A DNA stretch of 39,286 nt from Macrostomum lignano (Eukaryota), in NCBI GenBank assembly GCA_002269645.1, contig NIVC01003574.1, positions 1-39,286 of the forward strand, in the 5' to 3' direction. Each line of letters starts with the position of its first letter. Position 1 is the stretch's first letter. The position numbers and the translations under genes are program-made. Below are positions 34,695-39,286 of the stretch, in pieces. The notes under the pieces are model-generated. The model was not told the origin of the DNA. It was given only the letters and a program-made list of their open reading frames with translations, and did not search any database.

Positions 34695-35219
34695 GAGACA
34701 GACACTGAGACAGACACTGACACAGACAGACATGAGACAGACACTGAGACAGACACTGAGACAGACACTGAGACAGACACTGAGACAGACACTGAGACAG
34801 ACACTGAGACAGACACTGACACAGACAATGAGATAGACACTGAGACAGACACTGAGACAGACACTGACACAGACAGACAGAGACAGACACTGAGACAGAC
34901 ACTGAGACAGACAATGAGACAGACACTGAGACAGACACTGAGACAGACACTGAGACAGACACTGAGACAGACACTGAGACAGACATGAGACAGACACTGA
35001 GACAGACACTGAGACAGACACTGAGACAGACACTGAGACAGACACTGAGACAGACACTGAGACAGACACTGACACAGACAATGAGATAGACACTGAGACA
35101 GACACTGAGACAGACACTGACACAGACAGACAGAGACAGACACTGAGACAGACACTGAGACAGACACTGACACAGACAGACAGAGACAGACACTGACACA
35201 GACACTGAGACAGACAGAC

Positions 35220-35274
<55 letters not shown>

Positions 35275-35319
35275 CACAGACAGACACACAGACAGACACA
35301 CAGACAGACAGACAGACAC

Positions 35320-35350
<31 letters not shown>

Positions 35351-35385
35351 CACAGACAGACAGACAGACACACAGACAGACACAC

Positions 35386-35464
<79 letters not shown>

Positions 35465-35478
35465 GGCAGACAGACAAG
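34695..35478. repeat. Compound repeat: 12-bp (GAGACAGACACT)n grading into (ACAG)n
   Basis: Direct inspection; source of the SVCL/ETDT pseudo-ORFs. Confidence 0.97.
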
Positions 35479-36124
35479 CAGAAATTGTGAAACTGTGTGA
35501 TGCTGAAGATGTTGCCCCAGTCTAATTGCCTAAAAAAATTTGCTTTGAGCAGTGCAATTTCAGCCACTTCATCAATCATAAATCCATTTTTAAATCCCCC
35601 TCCACAGGTAAGCTGACTGGTCGTTTTTCAATCGGGTGCGCCCGCGTGACCCGGGCTGCTCGGCAACTCAGGCTGCTCCTGTTGCATCAATTTGCTGACT
35701 TTTCCATCAATTACACGGCTTCGGGCATGAGGGCACTGAGAGCTGATTTATCAGCCGCAGCACCTCCGCCACCTGTCCCTCCTTGCCTTTCCTACTCTTC
35801 CTAGGCTAGGTCGCCAAATATGGGGGGTCAGCGTTGCTTTTAATTTTAAGAAAATTGCTTTCTACGCATGACGTGGAGGCTTCTCGTGGGCAGCCAGGTG
35901 TGAGAGATGAAGAGCAATTAAGGATTAGGGCGATTAGGTGAATAAAAGGCCTAGGAAATCAGCTGACTCGAAAAAAAATTCTAGAGTTTATGCAGGTAGA
36001 ATGCAGGTTTTATAATTTTGGCCGAAAGCAACATTTTATCGTTCTAATCAGTTGTTACGGAACATCGCAAAGTCACAGGGTCGGGGCGGATTCAGAACGC
36101 GAGGTTGAGTTGCGACACTGCTGA

Positions 36125-36345
36125 GACTGGGTCAAGGCTGAGTTAAGACCTGGTCGAGGTTCGGTTGAGGCTGAGTCAGATGTGGGTCAGATCCGGGTCA
36201 GGTATGGGTCAGGACTGGGTCAGGTCTAGATCAAGACTGGGTCAGGACTGGGTCAGATCTGGGTCAGGTCTGGATAAGGACTGGATCAGATGTGGGTCAG
36301 GTCTGGGTCAGATCTGGGTCAGAACTGGGTCAGATCTGGGTCAGG
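36125..36345. repeat. 10-bp tandem repeat (CTGGGTCAG[G/A])n, degenerate
   Basis: Direct inspection; lies just past the GPCR stop codon. Confidence 0.9.
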
Positions 36346-36392
36346 GCTTCACTCACCCGCAATACGCAGCCCGCCCGGAATCCGCCAGTCTC

Positions 36393-38679
36393 TCAGTCGT
36401 CGTCGAGAATCAGCGGCACTGGCCTGGGCTCGCAGTCGCTGCCGCTGCTGCCCCCGCTGCGCGCCTCCTCCAGCATAGCGGCGTAGGCGTTGGCCTCCAC
36501 CCAGTCGGCGCGCGGGCCGGCCAGCAGGTTCTGCATCTCCTCCGCGGCCTCATCCTCCTCGACGCCGGGCTGGTGATCGGCGCCAGGCTGGCGCAGCGCC
36601 GCGCCCGACTCCAGCCGGATGCGCACCATCTCGCGCTCGGCCGACGATGCAGAAGCAGCGGCGGCAGCAGCGGCAGCCGCGGCGGCAGCGGCTGCGGCGG
36701 CGGCAGCAGCGGCGGCCGCGTCTGAGTCGCTGCAGACGGCCGCCTGCTGGAGCTGATGATTCGAGAAGTGTCAAAATAGTGACTTCGGAAACAATTCTCC
36801 CTCTCAGTGTGCCCTCAGTGACCCCCCTACAGTGTGCCCTCAGTGACCCCCCTACAGTGTGCCCCAAGTGACCCCCCTACAGTGTGCCCTCAGTGACCCC
36901 CTACAGTGTGCCCTCAGTGACCCCCCTACAGTGTGCCCTCAGTGACCCCCCTACAGTGTGCCCTCAGTGACCCCCCAACAGTGTGCCCCAGTGACCCCCC
37001 TTCAGTGTGCCCTCAGTGACCCCCTACAGTGTGCCCCAGTGACCCCCCTACAGTGTGCCCTCAGTGACCCCCCTACAGTGTGCCCCCAGTGACCCCCTAC
37101 AGTGTGCCCTCAGTGACCCCCCCTACAGTGTGCCCTCAGTGTGCCCTCAGTGTGCCCTCAGTGACCCCCCCTACAGTGTGCCCTCAGCGACCCCACCCTT
37201 GTCTCACCTGCCGCCTCTCCCGCAGTCCCCGCTGCTTCCCGCCAGCCTCGCCCAGCTTAGGCAGGCAGCAGCGGCTTCTTCGCAGCCGGCGCCACCACCT
37301 GGCCAGCAGGCGGCGCAGGATGTAGCGGAACTTCCTGCCGCAGCAGCAATAGATAACGAAATTTGAGCTGCTCTTGGCCACCATCAGGGCGTTGCTAATG
37401 GTTACGGTGTAAACAAACACGGACCAGCTGGCCATGGTTTCGCTGCGATGATGGCTGGCCAGAATGTTGTGCACCATGCCGGGCGTCTCGCAGATGATGA
37501 ACACGGAGCAAATCACCACGATGGTGAGGGTGATGCTCCGGTGCTGGCCCTCGGTGATGCACTTCAGCTGCGGCGACTCCGGCATGGCGTGAGCTGCGGC
37601 GACTCCATGCTGATTGGCGCCGCTGCAGTGCGCGGCTGACAGAAGCGACCGGCTGTTGCTGCGCACCGGGCTCTGCATCTCGTAGCGCTCCCTGCGGGCG
37701 GCCTTCAGCGTGGAGATGAGGCGGATGTTCAGGAACACGATGGCGGCGATGGGCAGGACCACCACCTGCGTGGTGTACAGCAGGCTGCGGTACACGATGC
37801 TGTAGGCCAGGTTCTGCCGCAGCCAGCTGTCCTGGGCTGAGTAGCGGGTGTAGTTGAAGCAGGGGACGCTCAGCAGGCCCATGCTGGAAGGCTGCACCGT
37901 CCACTCGAAGTAGCGTGGCAGGTTGAACAGCACGCAGTAGGCCAGGGTGCCGGCGGCCAGCAGGCGGACCCTCCGCTGGCTGCACCAGGTGGAGGCCTGG
38001 AACGGCCGCAGACGACCGTGTACCGCTCGGCGGTGACCAGGACAACGAACCAGTTCACCAACATCTGGGTGGTCATAGCGGCGCCCCACAGCCACTGGAT
38101 GATGTAGGGGAAATAGTGATAATAAGCCTTCAACCAGCCCGTGATGGGGTACACGCTCCGGAGGCTGGAGTACAGGAAGCACTCGGTGAGGAACACGCTG
38201 TCCGCAGCGCACAAGCACCGCAGCAGGAAGTTGGTGCCCATGTGGCTGCGATCGTTGCTGAGGACAACAAAGGTCAGCAGATTGCCCAGCAGTCCGACAA
38301 CGCACAGTGTGCCAACGATGACCGTGTCAACGATGAAGCTGTACAGGAAGATGCCGTAGAAGTGCAGGGTGATGCACTTCCTGTAGAACTCGGCCGGGTC
38401 GCGGAAGAACAACAGCCGGCATTCTTGGGAGAAATTTCCCAACTCCATGGAGGCCATTTGGAAGGCCTGTTCCAACTGTTGAGCGGCTGTCATGTTGAAA
38501 TAGTCGATCACTTCAGGCTCGAACTGGTCCATAGCAACTGAATCCCAGTCGGTGTCGTTGCCGCTGCCGTAGTAGTAGAAGCCGCCGGGCCCGCTGTTGT
38601 GAGGCGGCGGCGGCATGGTGAGGACAATCTGCTCCAAGTCAGCGCAGGACGCTATGGAGCCAGACGAAGCCATGACCAT
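36393..38679 (-). CDS. Class A peptide GPCR, FMRFamide-receptor-like. Exon 1 38679-37208 (1-bp frameshift at ~38008), exon 2 36752-36393; ~610 aa if repaired
   Basis: Seven TM helices: GLLGN (TM1), LCAAD (TM2), AERY (TM3), LFNLPRYFE (TM4), LPIAAIVFLN (TM5), FIICETP (TM6), SSSNFVIY (TM7, the NFxxY variant typical of this family). N-terminal N-glycosylation sequons. Phase-0 intron CAG|GTGAGA ... CATCAG|CTC. Confidence 0.88.
36805..37178. repeat. 24-26 bp minisatellite CAGTGTGCCCTCAGTGACCCCCCTA filling the GPCR intron
   Basis: About 15 units inside the 455-bp intron 37207-36753. Confidence 0.95.
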
Positions 38680-38788
38680 ATAGGCGATCAGTCTTGCTTC
38701 AGGCTGCGTCTGGCTTTTCTACAACCCGACAGGAGGATGCGAGAGGACAGCCGCTAGTCCCAGATTGGACTGGCTGCACCGCGAGAGG

Positions 38789-38789
<1 letters not shown>

Positions 38790-38823
<34 letters not shown>

Positions 38824-38825
38824 CA
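38790..38825. repeat. (GA)n microsatellite upstream of the GPCR
   Basis: Direct inspection. Confidence 0.9.
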
Positions 38826-39286
38826 GAAAAACGCCCGACGGATCGTTAGTCTCCAGGCGCGCAGGGAGTTGCAGATTATTGGGATTCCGACAGGAGCTGG
38901 GGAGCCGTCGTGCTGGCTGACAAGGCGTCGGCAACTGTCCGCGAAGAGAAAGGAGCTTTCAAAGTGATGAAATCCGAGCCTGCAAAGCTGATAAGCGATC
39001 GAGATTCACTTCGCGTTCGGTCAATCAGGGAAGGAAGTATTTAAAACCAAGTGGCAGGGCGAACACGAGCGGAATTTCGTGCGAGCCAATGGGAGCGATC
39101 CTATTGCCGTGTTTGCGAGGCCCAGTTCAGTCAGTTCAGCGTTCGGGCAAAAACCTGACTTTCTCCGCATCAGAAACTCAATTAGCCGCCGAGCCCCCCC
39201 CCCCCCCGAGTTTCATGTCGAACTTCTCCCCTCCGCTCTTCGAACTCGTCTCTTATCTAACAAACTTTTACTGCTTGACTCCGGGC

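Noticed and set aside
31887-35579. Long SQSV, ETDT and SVCL ORFs
   Set aside because: Translations of (CAGT)n, (GAGACAGACACT)n and (ACAG)n repeats.
39015-39095. CCAAT- and TATA-like words upstream of the GPCR
   Set aside because: Short motifs, the TATA-like word is on the opposite strand to the GPCR, and there is no TSS evidence.

Overview
Eukaryotic (animal) genomic DNA. GC/CpG-rich genes with polyQ/polyA tracts, short GT-AG introns and very dense tandem repeats suggest a free-living flatworm such as Macrostomum; this is inference, not shown by the sequence. From left to right: (1) an intact, very young Mag-like Ty3/gypsy LTR retrotransposon (270-4810, 5-bp TSD) inserted in a 34-bp satellite; (2) a C15orf61 homolog followed, in frame and after one TAG, by a 93-aa membrane-protein ORF; (3) a two-exon RNA polymerase I subunit RPA12 (POLR1H) with an expanded linker, head-to-head with a two-exon GT32/DXD glycosyltransferase that needs a GC-AG intron; (4) a ~5-kb AT-rich, CpG-depleted block containing a MITE; (5) a five-exon SPATS1-like gene that the ORF track does not show; (6) a ~1.1-kb fold-back element; (7) a Tctex-1-domain protein with a long disordered N-terminus; (8) a two-exon FMRFamide-receptor-like GPCR with a single-base frameshift. 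About 18 unrelated tandem-repeat arrays fill roughly 9 kb (~23%) and explain most ORF-track entries. No CRISPR, rRNA or tRNA gene was found. I found no clear multi-gene novel system. The best leads are the possible stop-readthrough or dicistronic C15orf61 unit, the PBS/start-codon overlap, the hidden SPATS1-like gene, the expanded RPA12 linker and the CpG-depleted block. Family assignments come from recalled motifs, not database searches.
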